Source: a virus (lineage: Duplodnaviria; Caudoviricetes). Taken from it: a stretch of DNA of 64,000 nucleotides. The notes under the pieces were generated by a model. It saw nothing but the letters and a program-made list of their open reading frames with translations. It did no database searches and was not told the DNA's origin. The DNA is taken from IMG/VR virus record IMGVR_UViG_2744054895_000001, positions 30,790 through 94,789 of that record; one strand, 5' to 3'. This document shows, piece by piece, positions 45,666-56,252 of this stretch. The position numbers and the translations under genes were made by a program. Numbering within the stretch: position 1 is the first letter of the stretch; every line of letters begins with the position of its first letter.

Positions 45666-46133
45666 ATGGGGATCGACTGGGGCGCCGAGGACGACTGGGC
45701 ACAGCGCATCACGCGAGAGGCAGACGCGGTACGCTCCGTCCCCGGCCACGGACTCACCGACCGGCAGGCGTACTTGGTAGCCGCTGGCCGCGTGATCGAG
45801 CGTCGACTGGTATTCCTGTACCGGCTGATGATCTGGGGCGGCTCACTCCTGGCCCTGTACGTCGGGGCCTACACCTGGCAGGACTCAGGCAGCTTCCGCG
45901 ACTCCCTCGCCCCACTGGCCATCACGATGTGGCTCTTCTCTGCGATCGCCTTCCGCCTCTCCCGCCGGATCCGCTGGTCCGGGTTCAGCGTGGGCCCCTA
46001 TGCTCGCGAGGTCGAAGCCTCTCTCCGCCGCGCCCAAGGCGGCATCCACCTGCTCACGATCTCCGGCGGCATCGTCCTGGCCAGCCTGTTCTTCTACGCG
46101 ATCTGCGTCTCGTGGGCATTCCCGCTCAGCTAG
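45666..46133 (+). CDS. Membrane protein (moron-like, opposite strand)
   Basis: Three hydrophobic helices; GAGGGG RBS; followed by terminator. Confidence 0.6.
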   Translation: MGIDWGAEDDWAQRITREADAVRSVPGHGLTDRQAYLVAAGRVIERRLVFLYRLMIWGGSLLALYVGAYTWQDSGSFRDSLAPLAITMWLFSAIAFRLSRRIRWSGFSVGPYAREVEASLRRAQGGIHLLTISGGIVLASLFFYAICVSWAFPLS

Positions 46134-46143
46134 ACGGGGCAAC

Positions 46144-46180
46144 ACGAAGCCCCAACCCACCTACCGGGTTGGGGCTTCGT
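46144..46180. terminator. Bidirectional terminator
   Basis: ACGAAGCCCCAACCC/GGGTTGGGGCTTCGT stem. Confidence 0.8.
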
Positions 46181-46788
46181 CACGCGGTCTGGCGATCCTG
46201 AAGCTCTCGAACGATGACCGCGAGGGCGACCACGGCATCCACGGCCTCGGCGAGGGCCTCCTCGCTTGGCTGCTTGCGATGTCGGTACAGGGCCGCCGCG
46301 ATCGTCGAGCCCGTGTTGTCGGCCGCGTCCAGCAGCTCCACCTGCGGCAGCAGCTTGACCCGCCGCTCCGCCTTCTCCAGCAGCCGGTGCGCCGGCCACA
46401 GTCGCTCCAGCAGTCGTCTCAGCCTCATCGATCCAGCCCCAGCATCTGTATCAACTCCCACTCCTCATCAGCGTCTTCACTCCGCCGCGCCACCTGCCGG
46501 CGGGCCAGGTCCTCGTCAGTCATCGCGTCCGGGGACGAAGGGTTTCGGCCGACCCAGAACCGCCACCAGGGCGTGGTCCTCGCTCGGCAGCGTCTCTGTC
46601 CACCGCCCGACCCCGACTCCCTGCCGGAAGGGGAGCCGGAACACTCGGGTATCACCGCGGCGAAAGGGCTCCCCCATCTCCTGGGTCCAGGTCTTGTAGG
46701 TGAAGGGCCAGCCCCTGAGCGTGGGAACGCGGCGCATAAAGAAAGGAAATCTCATGCGCCGCACCCTAATGTCGATCTCCGGATTGTG

Positions 46789-47229
46789 TTAACGGATCCG
46801 GCGGTAAGGGTGTCCTTCGAGAGCTTTGTTGATGATGTTCCGGCCCTCGGACCCGGTACGCCGTACGTTCTTCCACACATTCGGAGAGACGCGGTAGTAC
46901 TCGTAAACAGGCCCACCGGGACGACCGCGGCCGTTCTCGCCGTTTCGGAATTCAACGCGAAGGGTGTGGGACTTCGAGTCATAGCCTGCGGACACCGTGC
47001 GTGGCCGGTCACGGTTGATGGTGTGGTTCGGCCACGTATGGAAAGTCAAGAGCTTGTCGGTGTCGCCGGACTTCTCAAACTCCTCCAGCGCCGCACGTGT
47101 CTTGGGACGCATGTCCCGGCGGTCGTACGACTGGAGCCGGTCGACCTGGCGCTTGGAGTAGCGGCCACCGCCGAGCGCCGGCTCTGGGAGCGCCTTGACC
47201 GGAGGCGGCTTCCATCCCCTATTCGGCAT
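46789..47229 (-). CDS. KTSC-domain protein
   Basis: SAGYDSKSHTLRVEFRNG..VYEYYRVSPNVW...SEGRNII..HPYRRI. Confidence 0.75.
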   Translation of the reverse strand: MPNRGWKPPPVKALPEPALGGGRYSKRQVDRLQSYDRRDMRPKTRAALEEFEKSGDTDKLLTFHTWPNHTINRDRPRTVSAGYDSKSHTLRVEFRNGENGRGRPGGPVYEYYRVSPNVWKNVRRTGSEGRNIINKALEGHPYRRIR

Positions 47230-47728
47230 CCTTGCCTCCAGACTTCTGCACGGTCCATCCGACCGGGTGTTCCGTGCCCTCGGGGTCGATGTCGATGCCA
47301 GTCTTGTGCGGGCAGAACCTGCCGGCCTGGACGTGCTCACCCTGCCACCACACGCACGTGGACACCTGCATCACAACCTCCCGGCCTCACGGGCGCAGTC
47401 CCTGCACAGGTGGATCTCGCTGTGGGCGCCTCCACCGGTCGTGCTCAGGGCCGCCGTACGCGCTGGGTGGTTGTCGCAGCAGTGGCGGGGCTGCTCTTCG
47501 TCGACAGTCTTGGTCGTCTTACGGGTCGTCATGCTGCTCCCTGGTTGTTCCCGATCTGGGCCTCGACACGGTCGGTGAAGCGTCGAGCGTCGTTGGAGGC
47601 GTGGCGTGCCTTGGTGGCAGTGAGGCGCAGCGTGGCTACTGCCTTGCTCATGCGCGCTGAGGCTTCCGCGATGTCGATCGAGTTGTGCTGGGGACGCTTG
47701 GTGCTCCAAAAGGCCACGCTCGCCCCTT

Positions 47729-48034
47729 TCAGCCGTCGCGGCGGGGGTCGGCCAGTGTGGTGACGACGCGGTCCATCACGTCGGTGACGCGGGACGTCGC
47801 AGTGACCATCTCCTGGGCGGTCGTCGTCATCGATTCAGCGAGCGGGATGACCTGCTCCACAAGATCTCTGAGCCTCGCGTTCTCGTCGACCTCCCGCCGG
47901 TACGTCTTTCCGGGGACGACGACTTCGCTGACGAATATCGCGAAGACAAACGCAGCAAGCGGCCCCAGAATCAGCGGATTGTCGAAATTGACACCGCTGC
48001 CTGAGGCCGCTTCTGCGATCAGGTAGTGAAGCAT
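47729..48034 (-). CDS. Single-TM membrane protein, possibly lysis-related
   Basis: N-terminal hydrophobic helix, VVPGKTY, coiled coil. Confidence 0.5.
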   Translation of the reverse strand: MLHYLIAEAASGSGVNFDNPLILGPLAAFVFAIFVSEVVVPGKTYRREVDENARLRDLVEQVIPLAESMTTTAQEMVTATSRVTDVMDRVVTTLADPRRDG

Positions 48035-48102
48035 TCAGACCGCCTTCAGCGCCAAGGACTCACATCCTCAATGCTATGCAGGGGCAGTCACATTGTGTTA
48101 TC

Positions 48103-48567
48103 TCAGAACTTCTGGGAGAGGTAATTGACGAGGATGTCGACGCCGACCTCGCCCATGTTCGCCGGCCGGTAGTTCGGCCCCTTCAACACCTTGCCGTCCT
48201 CGCGGAGAACGGGCCTGCCGTCCTCCCCCAGCTTCGACATGTTGCTGTCGTGCACCCTGGCGAAAGCCTTGCTCAGCGGGATCCCGAGCAGGTCGGCGCT
48301 GCCGAAGACCACGTACAGCAGGTCCGCCATCTCCTTAGCGAGATGCTCGAACTGCTCCACCGGGAAGTCTTTGGCACCGACCTTCTCCTGTGCGGCCTCA
48401 ACGGCTTCGAGTACCTCCTCGAACTCCTCGCGGATCAGCGTGACGCGGCGCTCCAGCAGGGCGCGCAGTGTCTTGGGGTCGGTGATGCGGTCGCTGACGC
48501 CGAAGGCGTGGTGGAACTGGGCGACCGCGCCCTCGAAGTCGACCGGGGCGGTGCCCGTGCTAGCCAT
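48103..48567 (-). CDS. MazG-like / PRA-PH nucleotide pyrophosphohydrolase
   Basis: FHHAFG, LIREEFEE, KEMADLLYV, VHDSNMSK, DGKVLKGPNY. Confidence 0.88.
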   Translation of the reverse strand: MASTGTAPVDFEGAVAQFHHAFGVSDRITDPKTLRALLERRVTLIREEFEEVLEAVEAAQEKVGAKDFPVEQFEHLAKEMADLLYVVFGSADLLGIPLSKAFARVHDSNMSKLGEDGRPVLREDGKVLKGPNYRPANMGEVGVDILVNYLSQKF

Positions 48568-48761
48568 TGCGCTTCTCCTTGTTCTTCTGCCGGCGCAGGT
48601 AGGCGCCGAGCACTTCGTGCAGTTCCCGCACCTTCGCATCGGGCATCTGTGCAGAGCAGTCGCAGCCGCGGATCCAGACGCCGTCCTTCTCGCTGATGAT
48701 GACGCCGAGGTGCTCGGACGTTATCTGGAAGTCCTCGCCCGCGACGAGGCGCTCCATGGGG

Positions 48762-49529
48762 CTACGCGACATCGACTACCGCCTGCGGGACGGGGATGAT
48801 GGGCCAGGAGGCGTTGACCGCGGCCAGGGGGTTCTTCCTGCGCCGCAACCAGTCCTGGTAGCCGGCGGCCCAGGCGGCGAACCACAGCGCTTGCTTGCCG
48901 TACAGCTCTCCCATGTCGTGGCCGTGGACCTGGTCGTGGTGGGTCGTCCGGTTCCAGGCGCGCTCGTCCTCGGCGCAGTTCAGGATCTTCTGGGTGACCT
49001 GAACTGCCGCCAGGGCGTCGGCGCTGGCTTCGTGGGCTCCGTTCAGCGTGACCCTGTAGTACTCGGCGAGGCTTTCCAGCGTCCTCTTGCCAGGACGGAA
49101 GGGGTCAACATGCCGGTCCAGAACGATGGGGTCGAGGATGACGGCGTCCATGGCGGAGGCGATCATCTCCGAGATTGGGGTGACGTCGTGACGCCGGCAC
49201 TCGCGGTCGAGCAGGGTCAGGTCGAAGGGGGCGTTCATGATGACCAAGGGGATGCCGTTCGACAGCGCGCCCCATAACTGGCCAGCAATCTGAGCCGTGG
49301 CCCGGATGGGGTTCATGCCGTCCTGCTGGGCCTTCTCCGTCGTGATGCCGTGCACTCCGGCGGCCCCGTCCGGGATCGGGATGCCGGGGTTCACGAGCCA
49401 CGTCCAGGAGCGGCGGGGAACTCCATGCAGGACTTCCACCATGGCGGCCGTGACGATCCGGTCGGTCTCGACGTCGACTCCCGTGGTCTCCAGGTCGAAG
49501 CCCAGAAAGGTGTCGGGAAGCTGGTTCAC
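48762..49529 (-). CDS. DEDDh 3'-5' exonuclease (Pol III epsilon-like)
   Basis: FDLETTG, VHGIT, NAPFDLTLLD, AHEASADA. Confidence 0.92.
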   Translation of the reverse strand: MNQLPDTFLGFDLETTGVDVETDRIVTAAMVEVLHGVPRRSWTWLVNPGIPIPDGAAGVHGITTEKAQQDGMNPIRATAQIAGQLWGALSNGIPLVIMNAPFDLTLLDRECRRHDVTPISEMIASAMDAVILDPIVLDRHVDPFRPGKRTLESLAEYYRVTLNGAHEASADALAAVQVTQKILNCAEDERAWNRTTHHDQVHGHDMGELYGKQALWFAAWAAGYQDWLRRRKNPLAAVNASWPIIPVPQAVVDVA

Positions 49530-50185
49530 GCAGCCTCCTGCACAACGGCGTTACCGCGGGCGGCGCTGTCCAGGAGGCTGGCGATCAGGCCGTTGGCCAC
49601 GCCTCGCTCCACTCCGGACAGCCGACCGGCCAGGTACCGCAGCTCGTCGATGACCATGCCTCGGTACATCGGCAGGACCGCGCTCAGGACGGCGCGGGCG
49701 GCGACTTCGGGAAGTCCGGTGGCGATCCCCATCACGCGCACCAAGCGGTCGGGCACATCGCTCATCTGCAACGGGCCCGGCTCTTGGACGAGTTCGCGGT
49801 ACGCCTTGATGAGCATCGGCATGGCCTCTCGGGCGACCAGGTAGAAGGTGAGGTCCTCGCCCTCTTCGTCGTCGAACAGCTCGATGCCGTGGAACTCCCT
49901 GAATCCGGTCGCCGCGTTAAGCCGACCGGCATACAGCGGACCCGTGGCGTCACAGACCCCCTGGAGGAAGTCGAGGTCGGACTCAGTGAGCCGCTCCAGC
50001 GGCTCCTCGGGGTGTGGGGTGCGGCAGTCGGCGCACGAGACGTTGCCGTACTTCGATCTCTCCCACACGTGGTGTTCGGACGGGTCGTCGATGGCCTTGG
50101 CCGGGCACTTCCCAGACTCGGGGTAGTCCTCTCGGAAGAGCCGGAGGGCAGCCGGGGTGCTGCGGGACATGCTTTCTCCTCTCAC
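49526..50185 (-). CDS. hypothetical protein with Cys/His cluster
   Basis: ORF in operon; C..HHVW..CADC. Confidence 0.55.
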   Translation of the reverse strand: MRGESMSRSTPAALRLFREDYPESGKCPAKAIDDPSEHHVWERSKYGNVSCADCRTPHPEEPLERLTESDLDFLQGVCDATGPLYAGRLNAATGFREFHGIELFDDEEGEDLTFYLVAREAMPMLIKAYRELVQEPGPLQMSDVPDRLVRVMGIATGLPEVAARAVLSAVLPMYRGMVIDELRYLAGRLSGVERGVANGLIASLLDSAARGNAVVQEAA

Positions 50186-50188
50186 GGA

Positions 50189-51190
50189 TCAGACGGCGAC
50201 GAGTTCCGCGGTGGAAAGCACCTCGCGGAGGGCCTCGTCGACCAGGACCTCGACGGCTTCGTCCAGCGCTGCCTGTGCCTGACGGCGGGCGGCGATGGCA
50301 CGGAGCTGCTCATCGAGCGCGTAGCTCGGGCTGTGGTCGAGGTTGTTTCGTGCGCGGTCGTACCGGCGGGTGGTGCGCGGGTCCGCGTGACCGAGCAGGT
50401 CTTGGACGGCCTCCAGCGGCTTGCCGCTCTCCAGCGCGAGGGTGGCGCAGGTGTGGCGGAGGTCGTGGGTGCGGATCACGCGGATGCCGGCGCGACGGCA
50501 CAGGCGCTTGACCATGTCCCAGATGCCCTGCCGGGTGATGCGTCGGCCGGTGGAGGTGATGATCAGCGCTCCGCTGGTGCGGCCGGCAAGGTATGCCTCC
50601 AGGGCCGCCCAGGCACTCGGAGGAATGACGATGGTCTGCCGTCGGCCGCCCTTGCGGGTGATGCGCAGGATCTTGTGTCCGCGCTCTTCGCCCAGGTCCT
50701 CGATGTTGGCGTTGACCAACTCGCTGACCCGCATGCCGGTCAGCAGGAGCATGTGGGCGACGGCCGCGCACCGCAGGCTGTACGCCTCGGCGCCACGCAG
50801 CAGTTGCTCGGACTCCTCAAAGGTCAAGCCGGTGGCCTGGGAGATGTTCGAGACCGGTTGGCGCTTCACCAGGGCGGCCGGGTTCCGGAAGACGATGTCC
50901 TCCAGTTCTGGCTCGGCCATGGCGTACTTGAACAGGCCGCTGACGACGGAGAGGTGTCGGTTCACCGAACCGTTGCCGTAGTTCTCGACGAGCCACTCCT
51001 TGAAGGCGTCCATCTGGAGACGCTTCTGGTTGAACGGGTCGAGACCGTGCTCGGCGCACCAGGTGAGGTAGTGGCGCAGGTCGCGCTTGTACTCCTCGCG
51101 TGTGCGGCCGGACTTGGTCAGAAGGAAGGCTCCGGCGACAGCGATCGGCTGGATCTGGCCATCGCTCATCAGCACAAGCTGCGCGCTCAC
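50189..51190 (-). CDS. Tyrosine recombinase/integrase (XerC/D-like)
   Basis: TGMRVSEL, HDLRHTCAT, LLGHADPRTTRRY; N-terminal SAM-like domain. Confidence 0.93.
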   Translation of the reverse strand: MSAQLVLMSDGQIQPIAVAGAFLLTKSGRTREEYKRDLRHYLTWCAEHGLDPFNQKRLQMDAFKEWLVENYGNGSVNRHLSVVSGLFKYAMAEPELEDIVFRNPAALVKRQPVSNISQATGLTFEESEQLLRGAEAYSLRCAAVAHMLLLTGMRVSELVNANIEDLGEERGHKILRITRKGGRRQTIVIPPSAWAALEAYLAGRTSGALIITSTGRRITRQGIWDMVKRLCRRAGIRVIRTHDLRHTCATLALESGKPLEAVQDLLGHADPRTTRRYDRARNNLDHSPSYALDEQLRAIAARRQAQAALDEAVEVLVDEALREVLSTAELVAV

Positions 51191-51757
51191 ATCAACGCCT
51201 TCCGTCGGTCGGGGAAGGCCCTCGGCGCTTGGTGCCCGCCAAGCAAGAAGGCCCGGAGAGTTCACCCGGTCGCGTTGCCCAACGCCTCCGGGGACTCTCC
51301 GAGCCTACTAGAAGAACAACTTGTTCCACAAGTTGTTAGTCAAGAGTTGTGCAGCTCAGACGACCCAAACCTCCGTCTCACTGACTATCCGCAACCGACT
51401 AGCGTCGCCGTCGGCAGCCTTCAGAGCCGCAGCTAACACCTCGGGCCAGACCTTCACCTCGGTCCGTACCCTGCCGTTGTGGGAGTTTCGCCGGCGAGTC
51501 GCCGCCCCCCGCCGCACGGCACGATCCCGCCGCATAGCAGCGTCCTCACAATCCAACCTCTGCCACGCGTTCGCACCGTGACGCACAACCCTGTCGAACG
51601 CGGAGGCGCGCTCCTTGAAGTCCTGACCCATCCGCTGCGCTCCCTGCATCTCGCTGCAAAGCAAGAGGGGCTGACCTCGGACTCCCGAGAACTCAGCCCC
51701 TCTTGCGTTAGATCAACTCTGATCCGGCAAGCCGCGCCCGCGGCTGCGGTAATAACG

Positions 51758-52402
51758 TCACGGCTGAACCGCCAAGTCATCCTGGGCCGACCGATCGCCC
51801 TCCGACCGCCGAAGCCGGGCATACAAATCCACCAGAGGCTGCGCAGGCATACCCCTTTCCGGCATACCCGCGATCAAACGCATGTCCTGGGGAGTCAAGC
51901 GATCGTCCTTGTTGTCGAACGCGAGGTTGAGGTACTCGCGGATCTGAGCGGGCGTGACCTGCTCCCAGTCACCGCCTTCCAGCTCCTCCTCACGGCGGCG
52001 AACCGCCTTAAAGAGGTCCTCGACCGCGAAGCTCAGCTTGCCCCGATCCTGGAGCGCTTCGACCAGCTCTCGCTCCCCCTTGTCACGGAAGAGTTCGTCA
52101 CGCTCGCGCAGCTTGGCGCGAAGGTAGGCGCGAATCTCCGCAGTGGTGAAGAGGTTGCCGGCGTGGTCCTCGAACAGTTTCTCCAGCGCGACCTTTGCGG
52201 CCTGCGCACGGGAGAACCATGGGGCGTTGTGCTCGTGCCACTCTTCCTTGTGCTCACCACACAGGATCAGGTCGAGCGCCTTGGCCCCGTTGATCTCGAC
52301 ATGAAGCGGACGTCCCGGAACCGGCTTGCCGCAGATGACCTCGCGGCCAGCACCGTCATGGCCTACTAGCCGGTTGCACCGCACTGGCTGTTCAGTAGCC
52401 AT
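51758..52402 (-). CDS. Lsr2-like nucleoid-associated protein with two DNA-binding repeats
   Basis: LDLILCGEHKEEWHEHNAPWF (dimerisation-like); TTAEIRAYL..QDRGKLSFAVEDLF and TPAQIREYL..PERGMPAQPLVDLY. Confidence 0.55.
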   Translation of the reverse strand: MATEQPVRCNRLVGHDGAGREVICGKPVPGRPLHVEINGAKALDLILCGEHKEEWHEHNAPWFSRAQAAKVALEKLFEDHAGNLFTTAEIRAYLRAKLRERDELFRDKGERELVEALQDRGKLSFAVEDLFKAVRRREEELEGGDWEQVTPAQIREYLNLAFDNKDDRLTPQDMRLIAGMPERGMPAQPLVDLYARLRRSEGDRSAQDDLAVQP

Positions 52403-53298
52403 GAGCGCTCCTTCCATGCCGCCAACCTCTTACGGCGGCGCAAGCTCTACAAGATGATCCGCCCCACGGCGGACCCAACTCAATATGTGCAGCAATGGCC
52501 GCAACTATAGGGCAAGAGTTGGTCAACTTGTTTGCCTACTTGTACCTCACGCCCGGCAGGTGGGTCACAAACCACTCAGATGTTCGAATACTTGAAGGGC
52601 CGCAGCAGCACCGTCTCCCCCGTCCTCAAGTTCACCGACCATCGCAGGACACCTTGCTCGATGGCCCGCTCGATAGCCTCATCAGCCTCCAGCCCGTACA
52701 GATCCGCCAGCGCTCCTTCATGGGGAACGTCCTCGTCGGTACGCACGAACGGCGCCCGCCGACTGAAGTCGGCTGCTCTCAAGACCGGGACCTCTCCCAT
52801 ATCCCCCACCTCGGCCACCAACGACATGGCCCACACTCCCCGAGTTTCGGACCCTCAAGATCCCCATGAACGATGCTGCCCACGCCCCTCAGGCGGCCTC
52901 CTGAACGACGGGTTCCAGATGTACCACCCACACGACTTGTTCACCATCTTGTGCCTCTTGTTGTTGCTCAATCGCAAAACCGAACGAAGCTCAACACGCC
53001 GCCGAAGGCACAGCAGTGCAACCGCCGGTAACACCCGCCCTACGTGGGCAGACGCCACCCACAGCGCAAATACGGCCAGCAGATCGAGGCGAGAGCGACG
53101 CATGGGTGGCCGAGAAGTTGCTGTGTTGAGGCTCACATAATCGGAAGATCGTTAACCGTCGTCAACCATCGATCCACCCATCCGGCCAACTGGCATGACT
53201 CACCTGACCTGCTACTTCACAGATCCTCCACAGACGTCGATCCTGTCCGTCAGCCGCCTCAGCAACTTCAGCGACCTCGCGGCCAGGCCGTCACCACG

Positions 53299-53751
53299 TC
53301 ACGACGCTTCGCTGACAGCTTCCGCGAGCGGCACCCAGTCGTGCCGACCCAATCCCAGGTCCCGCCGACGTCGCCTCAGCAGCTCCGCAGCAACCCGCAC
53401 AGCGTGCTTCCGCTCGGCCTCAGCGATCTTTGACCATCCGCTCGCCACGTACCCGAGCCACACACCCACCGACCAGCCCACCGCCGGCGATCCGAACAGC
53501 GCCAGGTACTCAAGGACAGCCTCGTACCGCGGGGCGAATGCCTCGATCACACAGCTCGGCCGATCGACGTCGTCGACCACGACTGGAGTACCGCTCCCCC
53601 GCGTCTTGGACTGCACGTATCTATCGCGGCCCTGCTCCTGGGTTGCACCGCTCGATGTCTTCAGCAGCTTCGACGCGGCCAGTTCGACCAGCACACGGTC
53701 CTGCTCTCTCTGCATCTCATCGCTCATGCGGCGGAACGTACGTCGAGACAT
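53299..53751 (-). CDS. hypothetical protein
   Basis: GAGG RBS, ORF. Confidence 0.45.
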   Translation of the reverse strand: MSRRTFRRMSDEMQREQDRVLVELAASKLLKTSSGATQEQGRDRYVQSKTRGSGTPVVVDDVDRPSCVIEAFAPRYEAVLEYLALFGSPAVGWSVGVWLGYVASGWSKIAEAERKHAVRVAAELLRRRRRDLGLGRHDWVPLAEAVSEAS

Positions 53752-54231
53752 GCCGACCTCGCCTTATCCCGACTTACTCGCCCCGATCAACCGTGACCGA
53801 ACTGTCACCACCACGCTCGCTCGGCGCCCGGGACCGAATCCGACCTACGCGAGTTCCTCTTCGATGGGGTAGACCTCCGGGATCGGATGCCCCACGGGCT
53901 TTCGCAACCTATGCCTGTCGGCGTTGCACTGCGCAAGAAACTCAGAGGTCTCGCTATAGCGAGAGCGACCGCCACACTCACAACGCCAGCGATAGGCCGT
54001 CCTGGTACGGGAACCCTCGGCCGCGCTGCCTGATCGCGCCGCAGCCGCCTGGAGTGCACGCCCAACGATCAATGCCCCGCCCACGGCCACCGCGGTCACA
54101 CCACGGCCGGCCCATCTTCGGATCTTCATGGGCGGCACGGTAGCGCCGACCGATGGCCGATGCGCCCGTTTGGCTCAGTTCGTCGGTTTTACGAGTGGCT
54201 CGCTGGCCCCCGCCACGTCACATTCGAAGCC

Positions 54232-54837
54232 ATGAGCGAACGCGCCAAGCCCATGGTCCATCTATGGGAAATCATCCTCCGGGACAAGGCTTCCGACGAC
54301 AAGGACGACGTGAGCTTCGCCAAGTTCATGGAGTTTTGGGTCGGGTGGGGTCCGCCCATTGGCCTCGCGATCGGCGGCAGCCAGATGGCAAAGCACGGCG
54401 TGCCCGTCGCGTTGGCAGTCGTCGTCCCCCTCGCCGTATGGCTCGTCTGTTTCTGGTACGGCTACCTCAAGGCGAAGGTGCTGGCCCAGGAGATCGCACG
54501 AACTAAGACGTTCCTCCCCAACACCATTAAGACCAAGACCGAACTGCTCAGGTCCGCACTCACTGACGCAGCCGCCTTGTCAGAAGAGCTTCAGGCGGAG
54601 CTAAGGGCAGGGACGACAGCACTCCAGCGCATCCAACAGGAGGCCGCTGACTACAAGAGGCTGCGAGACCTCGACAGAGACGTGGCCGACACGGTCACTC
54701 GCTCCCTCGGCAGAGACGCCGCTCAGCGGGCTGCCAAGAGCGAGCGCAAGGCTCTCGTATGGAACGCCGTCTGGTTCTTGGCCGGCAGCGGCGTCACCTT
54801 GCTCGCCACTGTGTTCAGCCACTCGCTCACGCTGTGA
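54232..54837 (+). CDS. Membrane protein with coiled coil (moron-like)
   Basis: Two N-terminal TMs, central coiled coil, C-terminal TM. Confidence 0.6.
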   Translation: MSERAKPMVHLWEIILRDKASDDKDDVSFAKFMEFWVGWGPPIGLAIGGSQMAKHGVPVALAVVVPLAVWLVCFWYGYLKAKVLAQEIARTKTFLPNTIKTKTELLRSALTDAAALSEELQAELRAGTTALQRIQQEAADYKRLRDLDRDVADTVTRSLGRDAAQRAAKSERKALVWNAVWFLAGSGVTLLATVFSHSLTL

Positions 54838-55649
54838 CCAACGGCACAATGACGCTCCGTGTTGCCCAGCCCGGTTGCGTCGCCGACCGGTGCGCTGGAA
54901 AGCTGCTAAGCGTGACCGGCTCGGCGACTTTCGTGGCTCTCCGTCTACGAAATCGCGAAACCCACCCCAGTCACGCACGGCTACTGTCCTAATTGCTCGA
55001 CCCGGTGGCCATACAAGTGATCAGGGGGGAGTCGTCGGCTTTACCCGTTTAAGGGTGGGGGTGTCCGTTTCATTCCTTCTGTTTCAGCCAATAGTCATGC
55101 ACGACCTTGCATACATTCCCATGCGCGTGCGTATGCCCGTTTCGCACCCTATGTCGACTAGGACAGTCTCTCCACCGTTTGGGTAACTCCCAAATTCCCA
55201 TTTGGGTGCGCCCCCAACTGCGGAAACCTCGCCTGGTCACCTAAAAGGTTGTCAGTAGTGCGAAAGTCAACCCTCGCGCGACACCTTTTCCTGCATAAAG
55301 TCGACAGTTACAGTTCGTAAACAGATACTGTCAACCCAGGGTTGCGGAGTCGTGGGGCCACCCCCTGACAAACGGACCATCAGATACGCAGAGAGTTACT
55401 CAACGTGCATATATGCAGGTCACAGGCATAGATTCGGCCACGCGGATGCACTGTACCAATAGACCGTCAGTTACTTAGGCTTACCTCTGTCAGCAGTTAC
55501 AGAGCGTCAGAATGGCGGAAAGTAGCGAAAGTGGCTTGCTGGCTACCGAGCGTGCGCACGGCGCAGCATGGCACAACGCATCCACCTACTCACTGTGTGT
55601 ATGGGGGAAGCATGCCGACCACTTCCCGCACTCCCCGAAAAAATCCCTA

Positions 55650-55925
55650 GGCGCCGCTGTGAGCCGCTGTGAGGCAGGCGAGGCAGCGTGAGCCGTGACG
55701 AGGCAGCGTGAGCCGCTACAGGCGCCGCTGTGAGCCGTAGGCATACCGAGCAACCGTGAGCCGCTGGGAGCGCTACAGGCACCGCTAGGCAGCGTGCCGA
55801 CCGAACGTGAGCCGCTAGGCGCCGCTGTGAGCCGCTGTCAGGTGTCGAGCGGCGCCGCTGTAGCCATGGCGCACATGAGCGGCTGTGAGCCGCTGTGAGG
55901 CAGCGTGCCGAGCAGCTGCTAGCCG
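55650..55925 (+). repeat. Degenerate direct-repeat array, 8 x GTGAGCCG
   Basis: Copies at 55659, 55688, 55708, 55730, 55756, 55807, 55827, 55885; longer GGCGCCGCTGTGAGCCG three times. Confidence 0.8.
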
Positions 55926-56162
55926 TACCTACTGCCTACGTGGTGCATGCGTAGGGAGTGTGCCGACCACCCATCACCCCCTGAATCTCCAGGGCCGTCG
56001 AGCCATGAATCGGACATAAAGCCTCATATAGGGGCGATCGAGTGGCCGGCAATTCGTGGTCACGGAAAGTAGTTCCCTGTCACGATTGGTCACGCGCCGC
56101 AGGTCACGACAGGTGCGAGATGTCGAGATTCAAGAGATTGCGAGATGGCTCGCGATTCTGGG

Positions 56163-56192
56163 TTGTGCGAGGTACCTCGCACCACCTAATGT
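56163..56192 (+). promoter_or_regulatory. Putative housekeeping-sigma promoter TTGTGC-N18-TAATGT overlapped by a perfect 18-bp palindrome
   Basis: GTGCGAGGTACCTCGCAC at 56165-56182; about 100 nt upstream of boxA. Confidence 0.55.
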
Positions 56193-56252
56193 TCTCTGTG
56201 TCGGAACGAGGAACCACCGGAAACGGGGGAACCGAGTGAAGGCGGATGAATC

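Noticed and set aside
50189-51350. Prophage boundary (att site) at the tyrosine recombinase
   Set aside because: Phage-like genes continue on both sides, and no tRNA or host housekeeping gene or duplicated core was seen; it may be a resolvase.
485-51436. Long antisense ORFs (e.g. 485-2035, 34005-35249, 44088-45485, 46000-47763, 49784-51436 on +)
   Set aside because: Shadow ORFs typical of high-GC DNA opposite well-supported genes; no recognisable motifs.
55650-55925. GTGAGCCG array as mini-CRISPR or coding repeat
   Set aside because: Unit is too short and irregularly spaced, and no credible ORF spans it.
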